64,000 bases of DNA from Oikopleura dioica (GCA_907165135.1 OU015567.1:6572001-6636000); one strand, 5' to 3'. Positions 13,346-25,593 are shown, counted from the stretch's first letter. A program made the numbers and translations. Notes: a model not told the origin generated them from the letters alone.

Positions 13346-15216
13346 ATGGAGAAGCACAAATATCTCCCGTTTGCAGCTATTCTAAGTTTTGCAGTTTTTG
13401 TGGGTTTTATGTTCACGCGAGAAAGCAGACTGATAAATTTGCTAGAGAAATATTCAAACAAGCTGGAAGATTTTCAGACGAAGGTAAATTTCTACTTAAA
13501 AAAAAAATTCTCCTTCCTGAATTTTTAAGAGGGCGGAAATAACAAACAAACAGCCACAGAAAATTTACAAAATCAAAAGTCACAAAATCGAAGATAAAAT
13601 AACAACCACCCAAGCTTCATCTACCTTTTCTTTGAGCACAACCGAGCCTTCCGATTCCGAGAGTCAATTCATTCCAGAATATGAGCTTCACAAATCACAG
13701 CCAGAAGCTGGGCTCGGCAACCTGAGTGGAAAACCTGAGTCAGGGTCTGAAAGATCAAAAATGAAAAGCCGCGTAGCGGCTTTTTAATTACTAAGCCGCG
13801 AAGCGGCTTCGCAAAATAACCATTTCAATATATTTATGAATTCTGGCAAAGCCGCTTCGCGGCTTCGTTTTTAAAAAGCCGCTACGCGGCTTTTCATTTT
13901 TGATCTTTCAGACCCTGACTCATTTTTTCCACACAGGTTGCCGAGCTTAGACCAGAAAACAAAGCTCCACCTCCACCAAAATTCACCAATATTTCTTTGG
14001 TCGAACAAAATGGACTTTTCAACCGATTTCAGCGGCGAAAAACCAGGCTCGTTGAATTCTGCGAGGCTTGGAGCAAAGAGGGCCGCGTGACGCACAAGTT
14101 CAACAATCAGAAAATCGGAGTTGCGTTTCCCGAAGCAAAGTTGCTGCTTTGCGCGCCGTGGAAGTGCGGGTCTAGTTTTTGGAGGCAATATGTAGTCGCG
14201 CTGCATAAGAAGATCAACGGGCCAAACTGGTCAGACAGCCGGGTCAGGGGTGAAGATCCGGTCTACGCCCATCTATCGCCAGAGGAAAAGCGCAAGTTGC
14301 TGTACTCGCCCGAGACTGTTTCGATTTTGGTCGTGCGACATCCTCTTATTCGCCTCATTTCCGCGTGGAATGAGAAGTTTCACCGAGACTATCGCTATGG
14401 CTACTCGATGTTCAGAAGGGAGCACAATCTTTCGAAGTATGCGAAAGAAAAGGATGAAACGCACTGGGTTAGTTTTGCGGATTTTGCAAGGTGGATTGCT
14501 TTTGATGATTATCAGGATCGGGGTAGAAGAAAAATAAGGGGGTGGACAGCGAAAACTTTATTCAAGGTGTTTTAAGGCCTTTTAAGGGTGTCAACATCGA
14601 TTGAGTAAGGGTATCAGCTATGAATCGAACAACAGAAAAAATGCCAAAATTGATGTCGACACTCTTAAGAAAAATGCTGGTGTTTTCTTCTTACTGAAGA
14701 AAAATGCTGTAATAAGCAAGTATTCTATCCTCTTCCAAGTTGAAGAACAAACACTTTCGTCCACAAAGCTACATGTGTCCTCCTTGCGGCACTCGATTCC
14801 AGGAACGGGTTAGTCGCAAAAAGTAGCATCGTGAATTCTTCATAATTTGCGAACCCAAGGCGCTAGTATATTATAAAAGCCGAAACCATGACGGAAGATA
14901 TCGCCGCGGTTTTCAACAATCACACAAGACTCTTCGTCAATGATACGCTCTGGTCTGGATCGCCCTTTCATGAACGGATTTATTTCTTGAGCGCTTCTGA
15001 TCGCTAGAATTGCTAGGAATTCTTGAAAAACAGTCGATGAAAGGCGGCTTTGGAGGAAAATCGCCAGTTGACATGGCCAAAAAAGCAAGAGCTTTTTATG
15101 AAAACTTGGAGCGGCCGGTTTTGGAAGGATTGGTCAAAGTGTTCAAAATGGACATGTTGGCGTTTGGCTACACTTTCGATCTCAAAACCAGATCTATTGG
15201 TGGACTCACAGTTTGA
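13346..15216 (+). CDS. Type II membrane carbohydrate sulfotransferase (Sulfotransfer_2, CHST8-14-like)
   Basis: N-terminal TM; PAPS 5'-PSB motif CAPWKCGSSFW; 3'-PB motif VVRHPLIRLISAW; C-terminal FKMDMLAFGY. MITE in exon 2 and a TTAA element in a later intron. Confidence 0.88.
13708..13950. mobile_element. Family-A palindromic MITE inserted in the sulfotransferase stem-coding exon
   Basis: Arms CTGGGCTCGGCAACCTG...GAGTCAGGGTCTGAAAG and their reverse complement; internal AAGCCGC-nnn-GCGGCTT units; 8-bp TSD GCCAGAAG / ACCAGAAA (6/8). Confidence 0.88.
14586..14664. mobile_element. 79-bp TTAA-flanked mini-element (family C, Kolobok-like ends)
   Basis: TTAA|GGGTGTCAACATCGATT...ATTGATGTCGACACTC|TTAA; second copy at 21614-21695. 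Confidence 0.8.
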
Positions 15217-15284
15217 AGTTTGGGAATTTTTTATTGAATTTACTATGTACATTGTACAGGCAGAAAATATATTTACATAAAGAG

Positions 15285-17679
15285 CTATACAGAGAAATTG
15301 AAGTTTTTCTTATCGGTGTTTGAATTAATCGTTGGAGTTGAATATCTACCGATTTGGAGGTAATTGTCTTTGAGTTTCAGGGCGTAAATGAATGATCTGT
15401 CGATCATGAGCTCATACGAAGCCTGAGGATCGAGAGTGACAGTAGTTCCCAAGCTATCTGTTTTCTTGGAAAAGAAACCTTCTTCGCTGGTTGATCGAGA
15501 CTTTCTGGACTTGGCCGGATTTTTTCTGCCTGACTTGGATTTTCTGTTTCTTCGTGATTTTCTGCGAGATTTTCGGGCAGCTTTCTTTTGGGCTTTCACT
15601 TCCTTCTTGTGTTGAGTGAGAACGTCATCAGTGGTCGGGACGAGTTCGAAATGCACTCGCTGGAGCATGGAAGTCAGATGCGCAGTTGGCGTCGGGGAGA
15701 CATTCCACAATTCGGCGTTTCGCATTTGCATCAATCTTGTCGCTCCATATCTCTGAAGAAAAAATATATGCTAAAGTTCATTCTTCTGAAAAATGCCCTT
15801 TTCGAGGCCATAAATCAATCCCATGACCCGTATCATTATGTTTTTCTGACAGCCTCTCTCTCTCAGAGGTGTTGAGGAAAGACCCAATTATGAAATAAAA
15901 TGTTTACGGTCGTGAGATCGCAGCTGCGCGAACTTGCGCTTCACAACTTTAACGTAAATCCGCCCATTTAGGAACAATAAAATTAGCTGGCGGCTTTGAT
16001 CTAAAGCCCACCAACTCTTGAATTCTGGTCTGAAAGACGAAGAAGTACCTGTAGAACACTTTTGTCCAAATGATGGTTGATGTAAGTCGAGTCGATCAGG
16101 GGCATCGTCAAGTTGACACATTCGCGGATCACCATGACATTCTCGTCATCAGATTCGTGGTCAGCGCTCATCAAGCTCTTGAAGTCTTCTGGTGTCATTT
16201 TTCCTTCAAGCTTGTCGAGTGATTTGCCGTCAGGGACGATCAAGACCATTTTGTAGTTCTATTACCGGGCTGTTTATTTTTGAATTTTTACTGTGTATTT
16301 TTAGATAATACTTTTTTTGCGTCAATGACTCTTGATTAGGTCTTGAACGTCTCTTGAAATTAGAGTCGAATTTTAATATAGTAATAGCCCGTGGCCTTGA
16401 CTGCCATATTGAGATGAATAGCTTGCGCGGCTAATCTTTTGTGGATGATCTGGGTGACCATTACGTTCGCCAATGTCACCATCTTGACTGTGGAAGAAAC
16501 TGGGAGGTGGGATGAAAAAGGTCCGCTGCGGTCGTTTTGAAAAGGACGGTAAGAAATGGAGCTGGAAAAGATTGGCAGGCGCACGATTGACTGATCCGTG
16601 ACGACCATTCGGGAGGTTCTGAAATTTGGAGGATTAAAATTTTGAAATCAAGGAAGAGAATTTCGAGAAATTTCATTATTTACCTTTTGACGACGTGCTC
16701 GGTGGGGACCATGTCCGGGATGTGACGAAGATCAAGTTTGTCCGTGATGGCGTTGTAAAAATGATTGATTCCCTGGATGGCGTATCCTTCGTCCAAGTCA
16801 AAGTTCCGATTGATGATCAGGATGTTCATGTCGACGATTTTTGGACTGGCGGCGAAATTTGGCAGGATGCGGTAGCCGCGCTGGAGGTCCCATCGACCAT
16901 TCGCGGAGTAGACATCTGGGAGAGCCTGAACATGAAAATGAATTTTTATGAAAAACCATAACGATGAAGAAATTGCTCAAATTTTGTATTTTAGAAATTG
17001 TTCGAGGTGCTGAATCGCTTAATTTACCGGTATCTAACAGATATTTTTGAAATTCAGGGTCAAAATTTACCTTAATTTTGTTGTCATTGATATCCCGAAA
17101 AGCTTTGTTCAGCTGTCTTGTGACTTTTCCTCTGCACGAAACAATCTCCTTGATCTCTTTCTTTGTTTTACCAGTGGAGGACAAGCAGAGTGAGTGAAGT
17201 TGTCGGTAGGTCGAGAGAGGAGAAACAAGGAAGTTTCGATTCTGGTTGTAGGACTCTTTTAGTTGCGCGTTGTAGATTTTGAAGGCGAATTCTTCCTGAT
17301 AAACTGTATTTAGAATCAACTAAAGAGCTTGAACTCTACCTGAGAAAATCGCGAATCATCTTCGCTCGCTTCTATCTGATCCGGGAGTAAGGTGACTGTA
17401 GTAACGGTCAAGAGTTGAAGGCTCAGCCGTCTCATCAAATCTGTTGTTCTCCTATCTTGTGAGAAGAAAAAAACTATGCTTACTAGAGAGAGAATTATCT
17501 TCTTTTACGCTGGAAAGACGATAAAACTTCTTCTTGAGGCGCCATCTCGTGCCGAGCTCCGAGCTCGCCTTACACGTGGATCTAATCATCTCAGCACTTT
17601 TCGCGTAAAACATCAAAGAAAAAACGAAAAGTTCAAGTAGCCCATATTTGCCAGACTTGCCAGGTTCCTGCTTTGGCAA
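15285..17679 (-). CDS. Serpin-like protein, multi-exon (5' end uncertain)
   Basis: FAFKIYNAQL...NFLVSPLS...SSTGKTKKEI (helix A/B, shutter); GINHFYNAITDK; MVLIVPDGKSLDKLEGKM; C-terminal IDRSFIYAL...IGRYSTP. Confidence 0.72.
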
Positions 17680-18410
17680 TCACTCTAATTCTGACGAGGA
17701 AGAGGAACATCTTGTCTTTAAATTTTTATCGAACGCAATAATCATTAGTATTTATGGCGATGATTTTATATGTCATTAATCGAATGATTATTTATTCGAA
17801 TAATTGACAATAAAATGGTGATTCTCTTCCTTGATTGCAATTTCAATGTTTTTCAATGAATAATTTTAATGATTCTTTGGAATTTCAATCGAAAATTTGA
17901 AATTGTTGATTTCATCAAAAGCAAACCTTCACATTCAATTTAGATAACAATTATCGAGGAGCGCTTTAAAACGACAAAATACTTCCTTCGAGCAATTACA
18001 TTATGAATTATGAATTAGCTCCAGAGCCACCAAGTCTAGACCCGATTTGACCTACCCTGCTAGTGGAAATATTAAACTGTCCATTAATTTTAAATCTGAA
18101 GCAGATTGACCTCCGAACAGGACATTTATTACGTTCCTATTGCTCGAAATACATCATTATTTCATATGTCTTTCTGGAACACAAAACTTGGATCTTCTAA
18201 AAAGAGTATTTCGGCTACCGGTAGAATACCGGTATTTCAAATGCAAAGGCAATTGCAAGATAATGATGGTGTTGATTTATAATTATTGCGTGTTTGTTGC
18301 TCTGACGCAAGTTTTTCTGACACCTGAAAACAATCATGGATTGTTGCATTAAAATGCCTCCAAATCCAAAGAGAGGGGTCAAAAATCCATTCAAAATGGG
18401 GGAAAAGGAG

Positions 18411-18579
18411 CCCCCTAGTTTAGGCCTTAGGGGAGGGGGGGGGACTCCAGGGGGACCCTATTAGGAATAGGGTTGGTAATAGGGGGTTATCATTCGAGCT
18501 GCCCCTAACCCTAAATCTAACCCAGGAGACTACGCCCTCCGAAACACCCCCCCCCCCCACCTAAGGCCTAAACCAGGGG
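18411..18579. repeat. G/C-run inverted repeat
   Basis: CCCCCTAGTTTAGGCCTTAGGGGAG(G)n at left and (C)nACCTAAGGCCTAAACCAGGGG at right. Confidence 0.6.
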
Positions 18580-20500
18580 TCTTCGCCCCCCCCCGGACCC
18601 AGTCCCCTACGGGTAAAGGATAGCCCGAATAATAATAGCCCCCTACTTACCCCAAATCTTTCCAAAATAAGGGGGTAAGTGAACTTTTTTCGAAAAATGC
18701 TCAAGGTGACAAAAAGCCAACAAGCTGGGAAAACTTTAAAAGATAATTGATAGATGACACGCGCGCAGTAAAATTACGTTCTGGCAATATATTTAAGTTT
18801 TAAAATGCTAAAGGAAGTCTGCCACGCCGAAAATCGCCCATTTTCTGCGTATTTTTAGCTGCTTCCTCACCTGCACGCTGCGGATGAATAAATATAGACT
18901 CGGAAATCTGGTTTTAAAAAAAGGTATTTAAATTGTATTTGTATTACTGTTTTGGTTTCAATGCAGGAAAAAGAGATTTAAGTATTCGTGAAGTCCATTG
19001 TTTCTTTCTTTGGAGAATCGAGCATTTATGATAATTAGAAATTACGAGCATAATTTAGAAGAATTTCGCGGCGGAACTCGCAAAACAGCAATCGGTTTCG
19101 TTTAAGATATAATCGCAAATGTTCCTAAAATGAAATAATGGTCCTTATGGCATTAATGATAAATGGTAAATGATGAAAAAAGAAGGCGGTGCATTAGCGG
19201 TCTATCGAGAATATATGGCCCGTGCCAAAGCATGAATTTTTTATCATTTTTTCTTCGGATTTTGTATTTTACTCAATTTTGCGGATGATATACGGCCGCG
19301 AAATGACTGAATATCTTTCGCAAAGATGCCAGAGTGAAGCTAACATATTTTAATGAAGAGTAAAAATGCTCTAAGCGCACTGAACTCCCCGTAGGGTATC
19401 CACTACGCTAATTAAACATTCCCTAACCCTAGCCAAAGAAATCTTACCTGTGTTCTTCAGTTGCGACGTTATTCTCCAAAACATATGCACAAATCATACA
19501 AACGCGTCTTGAGCAGATATTTTTTTCCTAAAAAATGATAAGAAAAAGTTTCAATTTTCAGAAATTTTCATTACAATCGACTACCAAAATCATCCCTTCA
19601 GAAGAATCTAGCAGAATTCTCAAATTAAAAGACTCAAATTCTACTAGCCCTAGTTTTCGAAAATCGACTGTAATATCAACTGTAAAATCTTTGAGATACC
19701 TTTTCGGGACTACTGGCCGTGGTGGTGCTGATAAGCAAACCGGCCAAAAGCTGCATTAGAAAATTCATTGTGTCTTTTTTCGTGCTCTGAAATTAAATGA
19801 TCCTTTTTTCTGAATGAGGGATTTATATGATCCACATAGATAATATTGTTGGGCACACGCGCTGGCCATTCCTACTAGCGCCCTCGCTTGAGGAGTATGA
19901 ATATTCTATTCAAGAGAAGAGCCTGGGCGATTAGCGAGTATTCCTTGTTTTATGCGAATTTATATGCAAATTGAGGAATTTCCTCTTTGCCCGATGAAAA
20001 AGTGTACAAGATTGAAGACAACAGGATTTACTGACTGGAGAAGATCCTTCTCTTCTGACTCGACCCTCAGTTCTTCTGTTTCTCGGGCTTCTACACAGGT
20101 TGCCGAGCACAGATCCGGAGCCCAAACCCTTAATGATAATGGAAAGTCCGTGGCCGTTGCTGATTGAAGAAATGAACTGTCTGAAAACTCTATTCCCGGA
20201 CATGTCGCATGTTGCATGTTCCGTGTATATATGATTCCATCAGAGCTGATGGATCGTGTCGCTATAGAAGAATATCGACATAATCGAAAGTCTTGGTTTA
20301 TCCAAGCACTTTGATGGGAATGATCGTTTTTGCCCGTCAGATTTATGGGCGGCTCATCTCGTTATCCAAAAAGTAGCGACAGTATCTTGTCAAATTAGTC
20401 GGTCATTAATCCTGTCACTTACAGTCGTTCAAGCTACAGTAATGAGAATAGTGTCTCATCAAGGAAATTTCTAGAGCTTCGGCGAATTTCGAATTTGTTG

Positions 20501-22671
20501 ATGTCGAAAAATGAACCATCCAAAAAGAGAGAAAAAATGACGGACGCAGCAAACAATTTCAAAGCCGCAGCCAAGCTCGTCCTCCAAGACCTCGACCCAG
20601 AAGTCAAAGCGAAGCGCCAAGAGTTCATGGCCGGCGTGCCAAAATGCTGCCTAGTATTACACCTCCGAAAGCTGAAAAAGTTCAACCGTCAGGTTTTCAA
20701 GCAAAGCCAGTTTGTCGCGGCTCAAGAGCTGGCTTTTTCTATCAAAGTCACGTGCCAGGAGCAATCAAAGGAACAGGTTCACTTTTTTTCAGTTTCTAAA
20801 AAACCAAAAAGTTAGAATGGAATTGAACCCATTTGAAGAGCACAAAACCTCGAATTATTCAGCGGGAAAACAAAAAGTCACAGGTACAAAAACCGACGAT
20901 AAATGATCGATTTATTCGTTCTTGCAACTCAAATTTGTACTCTCACGTGTGCTCTTGTTAAAAGGCTCTCAAGGGGTGAGCCCAGTTGCCTCAGCAATCG
21001 ACATAGAAAGCCTGAGTCAGGGTCTGAAAGATCTTTAATGAAAAGCCGCGGAGCGGCTTCTTGAGAGATGAAGCCGCCAAGCGGCTTTGCCTTTAAAAAA
21101 GCCGCTTCGCGGCTTTTCATTAAAGATCTTTCAGACCCTGACTCAGGCTTTGACATACTAACTGAGCATAATCAATTCAGGAAAAAAGCAAGATAAAAGT
21201 AAAAACTTACGATTCGATAATGGACGGCGATGCTGAATTGGTAATTGACGCTACAAAAGCCTTCTCGCTCGTGCTCTCCAGAAAAAGCGACACTGAAGAC
21301 CATGAAATCCAATTCGACCTGATTTACATTGAAAAAAATGACGAAGAAAGTAATGAAAGATCGAAAGAGCGCAAAAGCGTCTTTGCAGTTGGAAGCGGTA
21401 AAAAACAGGCAAAAAAGAGGGCAGCATAATTTCTTAATTCAGCATCAATCAGTCTAAACGAGTTGCAAGAAGAAGCCTCAAAAGAAAAGAATATCGTCTT
21501 CAAAATCAAGGAGCAGACAGTTTGTGAGCCTGGGCTCGGCAACCTGTGTAGAAAGCCTGAGTCAGGGTCGAAAGATCTTTAATGAAAAGCCGCGTAGCTT
21601 CGCCAAAATTTAAGGGTGTCAACATCGATTGAGTAAGGGTATCTCTTATAAGTCGAACAACTAATATCAAAATGCCAAAATCGATGTTGACACTCTTAAA
21701 AAAATTAGTTGGGTATAATATGCGAAGCCGCTTCGTGGCTTTGTTTTTAAAAAAGACGCTTGCGGCTTTTCTTTTAAATTCTTTCAGACCCTGACTCAGG
21801 CTTTCTACACAGGTTTTCGAGCCCAGTTGTGAGCTAGAAGTCGAATTTGTTTGCAAATACGGGCAGTTTGGATACGGCTTCTCTCATCAGCTTGGCAGTA
21901 ACGATCGAACACCCTTTCAGAATATCGAAGATAGCATTTTCTTCCGCGTCAATGGCGAAAACGTAAGGCGAATCGGGGAAATGTCGATTTCCATTCGATA
22001 ATAAGGACATTTATTAAAATATTCAAAATAAATTTATTCCCGATATAGGAGCGAAAAGGACACGATGACATTCTATTGCCAGCCCACATTGGTCATCCAG
22101 CGGTATTGAAGGAACAGGGCTGAACAAACATTAATTACATTAATTTTGAAGGCTTAGTCACGTGTTTCTGTATCGCTAAGTACAAGAGTTCGAACCCTTA
22201 TCGACAGGTCAAGGATCCAGTGAATATTGGAAACCCGGCTGTTCGACAAGCTCTTTGGAATTTATCTGAAGACGTACGGTTCTTTTCTTAGCTCTAGAAG
22301 ATTAAACAGAGCTTTTCAGAGTCCATGCTTCTTGGTAGACAGCGAACGATCCTGTCGACTGGTCGAAGATTTGATGAAGACAAGAGGAAGGCTCGAGCAG
22401 AAACGACAGGTAGACAAATATTCGTGGCGTTGAATGAATGAATTTTCGAAAAAAGGAGTTCGCGCGAAAAATGTCCAGATCCGAGAGGATGAAATTCCTG
22501 CGCGACAACCTCTCAAGCAATAAAGAATCGAAGGGAGACGGAAGTGGACCCAGCTCTGGAGCTTCGCAAACTGGAGGACTCAATGTGCCCGGCACCACTG
22601 TTCGGCGAACTTCAAAGCAGAACTTGGAAGATTTCTTTAACAAAATAGCAAACAAGAATTTGCCAAAATGA
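20501..22671 (+). CDS. C2CD6: C2-domain protein similar to C2CD6/ALS2CR11 (CatSper tau), multi-exon
   Basis: After removing the MITE: AVGSASISLNEL...TVCELEVEFVCKYGQFGYGFSHQL, then ERKGHDDILLPAHIGHPAVL and RGRLEQKRQEF, resembling my recollection of vertebrate C2CD6 (VCRLEVEF..YGNFGYGFSHQL). Confidence 0.65.
20985..21152. mobile_element. Degenerate family-A MITE, intronic
   Basis: AGAAAGCCTGAGTCAGGGTCTGAAAGATC...GATCTTTCAGACCCTGACTCAGGCTTT with AAGCCGC/GCGGCTT units; outer ends eroded. Confidence 0.8.
21530..21826. mobile_element. Family-A MITE in a coding exon of the C2CD6-like gene, with a nested family-C element (21614-21695)
   Basis: Perfect 8-bp TSD TTGTGAGC (21522-21529, 21827-21834); intact arms; nested TTAA-flanked element. 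Confidence 0.92.
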
Positions 22672-23177
22672 CTTTTTTTCTGCCAGTTACATTTTTTTCT
22701 AAATAAAATTTTTATTCACAAATTTCGTCGAGAATCGTTTTGTTTCGCGAATTCATCAAAAATGAAGTGAAAAGAGACATTTATTCAAAACAAGTTACGG
22801 TTGAAATTCTCGTCATTTTACGGCGGCAGATGCCGTAATTTACCGCTCAATCATAAACCGCAAAGAATTTCCAGTTCAAAACCTCACTCATGAACTCTAG
22901 CATTGAGCGGTTTTAACCTATTTTACCTAAAAATAAACCTCTTGAAAAATACCGGCAAAGAACCGGGTCCTTGGCACTTTCCCAAAAACAGATCTCAAAG
23001 AAGCCTTCATAACGATATTTGCTTTTATACTGCATTTATTGATGAATAAAAGAAATAGAGACAGGATTAGACTACCAACTTGGAAAACGGTATTTTTCTA
23101 TACTTGGATAAGGAGATAATCCGGGGGTAAAATCTTGGTCTGCCAGGTAGGATGTTTAATTTAATATAATTTCAGAA

Positions 23178-23393
23178 CTGGGCTCGGAAACCTGTGAGGG
23201 AAACCTGAGTCAGGGTCTGAAAGAGCTGAAATGAAAAGCCGCGCAGCGGCTTTTTTCAAAACAAATTTTTTAATAGATTGTGATGAAAGTATTCGCTTAG
23301 CGGCTCCGTTTTTAAAAAGAGCCGCTGCGCGGCTTTTCATTTCAGCTCTTTCAGACCCTGACTCAGGTTTTCTGCACGGGTTGCCGAGCCCGG
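23178..23393. mobile_element. Family-A MITE
   Basis: CTGGGCTCGGAAACCTGTG...GGGTTGCCGAGCCCGG; flanks TTTCAGAA / ATTCAGGA (6/8). Confidence 0.85.
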
Positions 23394-24299
23394 ATTCAGG
23401 AAATATTGAAGATGGAAATGTTAATTTTAAATTCCGAGAAGAAATTCTGATTGAACCCGATTTCTAAAAAGAACTTGAACCAATTGAATGTCCATAAATT
23501 ATTTGCTAAAGTTGAGCAAGTAATTTCTATTTCTACTTTAGGAGACAAGAGAATTATTTACAACTACTGCATTCACCAATTGACTTTGGAAAAGAAGAAG
23601 GAGCGTGGTCACTTCGCAAAAGAAATAGAAAGCTGGTGACGAAAGCGAGGGATGAGTGGGTGCAGAAGCTACTAATGAGAATGTGGCTCCATGATTAGCG
23701 AGAGGTGCAGAAACCGCAGTGAATTGGTCTATTATTTACTTGGTGGTGCTCCGTCACGAGTGCGAGGGCGCCCCAGCGGAGGTGGTTTCTGGTGAATCAT
23801 GATGAGCTGCTTTTAAATTTCCGCCGAGCTCAAGCTTCAAGCTCAGTTCAAACAAAAAAAAACGAGCAGAATTTTGAATTCGCAAATTTAGATTTTCAAA
23901 AAAATGCCAGAGCAAATCGTTGCCTCCGTAACGACTCCCGTTTTCAGCAGAAAGTTCTTCGACTTCTCAGAGCCCAAGATTTCCTTCCTAGAAGACAACG
24001 ACTCATCCTTTGTCGACTTTTTCTTGAGCTCGGAAAGTGAAGAAAGCGAGAAGTTATCAAAGACGACTGAGGAAGAAAAAAAGCTATGAATCGACCCTTC
24101 TATTTACCTTCTGCTTTTACTGTAATAAAAAGATATTCAAGTGTTTCTAGAACTTCTTTGTGTACTTGATTTCAATTCCAGGGCAAGTTTAGTTTGAAAA
24201 AAGCAAGAAAACAGGAGCATCAAGACTCACAGATTATGCAGGTACTAAAATCTTGCAAAACTATTGCTAGAAAAACCACTAGAACGCGGAAAATCAGGA

Positions 24300-25009
24300 T
24301 GGTCACCAGACAGCGCCGATGTCATCAGACGAATCTGACGCGCCAAAGACGTCGCTTCGACGACTGACAAAAATCATCCAGAATCAGGACGAGAATGAAA
24401 AGCTCAATCCCTTTGGGTCAGGTCAAATAATAGACAATTTATAGAAAATATAGACAGTCAATTATCGTCTAAAATTTATAGAGTTGTTTTGGCTCTTTTT
24501 TAGAAATCAAAAACAGATGTTTTGACCTGAAAAAAAAAGACTTGCTTTGGCTGCATTTATCCTCGGTTGTTGCCTTATTTGTCCAATGAATACAGGTCAG
24601 GCTTTTGAAAAACATGTCGAGCTCCACAAAGGTTCAATTTTCGCTAATGCCGGCGCTCAATTTAAAGTTTTAAACTTGTCAGTCCATAAATCAAAATCAG
24701 ACAAAATGAAAAAAAAAGAGCTGAAAGTTCAAAATTGACGTAGATTTGGCAGCTTTAACCTTTTCAAGCTCAATAGGAACATAATTTTATAGCGGCAATT
24801 TGAATAATTGGAAATAGCCCCACTCACATAGTAAAAACGCAGAAAGTCGGAAGTGTCCCTTTGTGAAGCATCAAAGCATCAATCTAACGATTCGATTTTT
24901 CTCACTCTTTTTTATTTAGGAAGCAATGACGTAGACTTGCTTGCTCAATTTCTCAAAGCCGATTCAGACAAATCCTCCACCGTCGTGATGTACTTTGCCA
25001 CGGGTTAAA
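24300..25009 (+). CDS. Possible small single-pass membrane protein, exon structure uncertain
   Basis: Open exon-like segments (SSDESDAPKTSLRRLTKIIQ; LALAAFILGCCLICPM; SNDVDLLAQFLK) separated by GT...AG gaps. Confidence 0.3.
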
Positions 25010-25593
25010 AGTCAGCGCTTTTGTCATCAGATGACTAGTTTTAGCGCTTTCCAAACGTCAGATTCGCCAGAATCTGGAATCATAAAACAAATCTTTCGTG
25101 TTTATTGCCCTGAATGATGAGTTTCTTTGTTTGAATAATTTCTGAAAAGAAGAATCTTTAAAATTTAACCCGTTGGAAGATTATACGATGATGGCTGTCA
25201 GTGGACTCATCCTTTTCGTCTTGGCACTGTTCACGAACGGGTCAGCTTGATTATCAATAGATGAGTTGTAATCCATTAATTTCCAGAAATAATTAAAAGC
25301 TGCAATTTTAATTATATGCATAATAATTGACCGTCCATTTGCTCGGTCAGCAGAGTCTTCCTTCTGACGCAACAGTAGATTTAAACAGTAGATTCGCAGC
25401 AAATACAGCAAAAACAAACAAGCAGATCCAATTCAAAGGTACCTCTCGACCAAGTGAGCAAGTGAAATTCTTCTGCCTGAGCGACAATGTTTACTTCTTT
25501 GCGAATAGAAGAGCTTCATTCTGTTTTCCTGTTTTTTACAATCACCATATCATCAAATGCATTTTTCATAATTTTTATTAAATAAACGAGAAA

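Noticed and set aside
23020-23700. Gene model with the 23178 MITE placed 2 nt into an exon
   Set aside because: No continuous frame could be built on both sides, so it is not counted as an exonic insertion.
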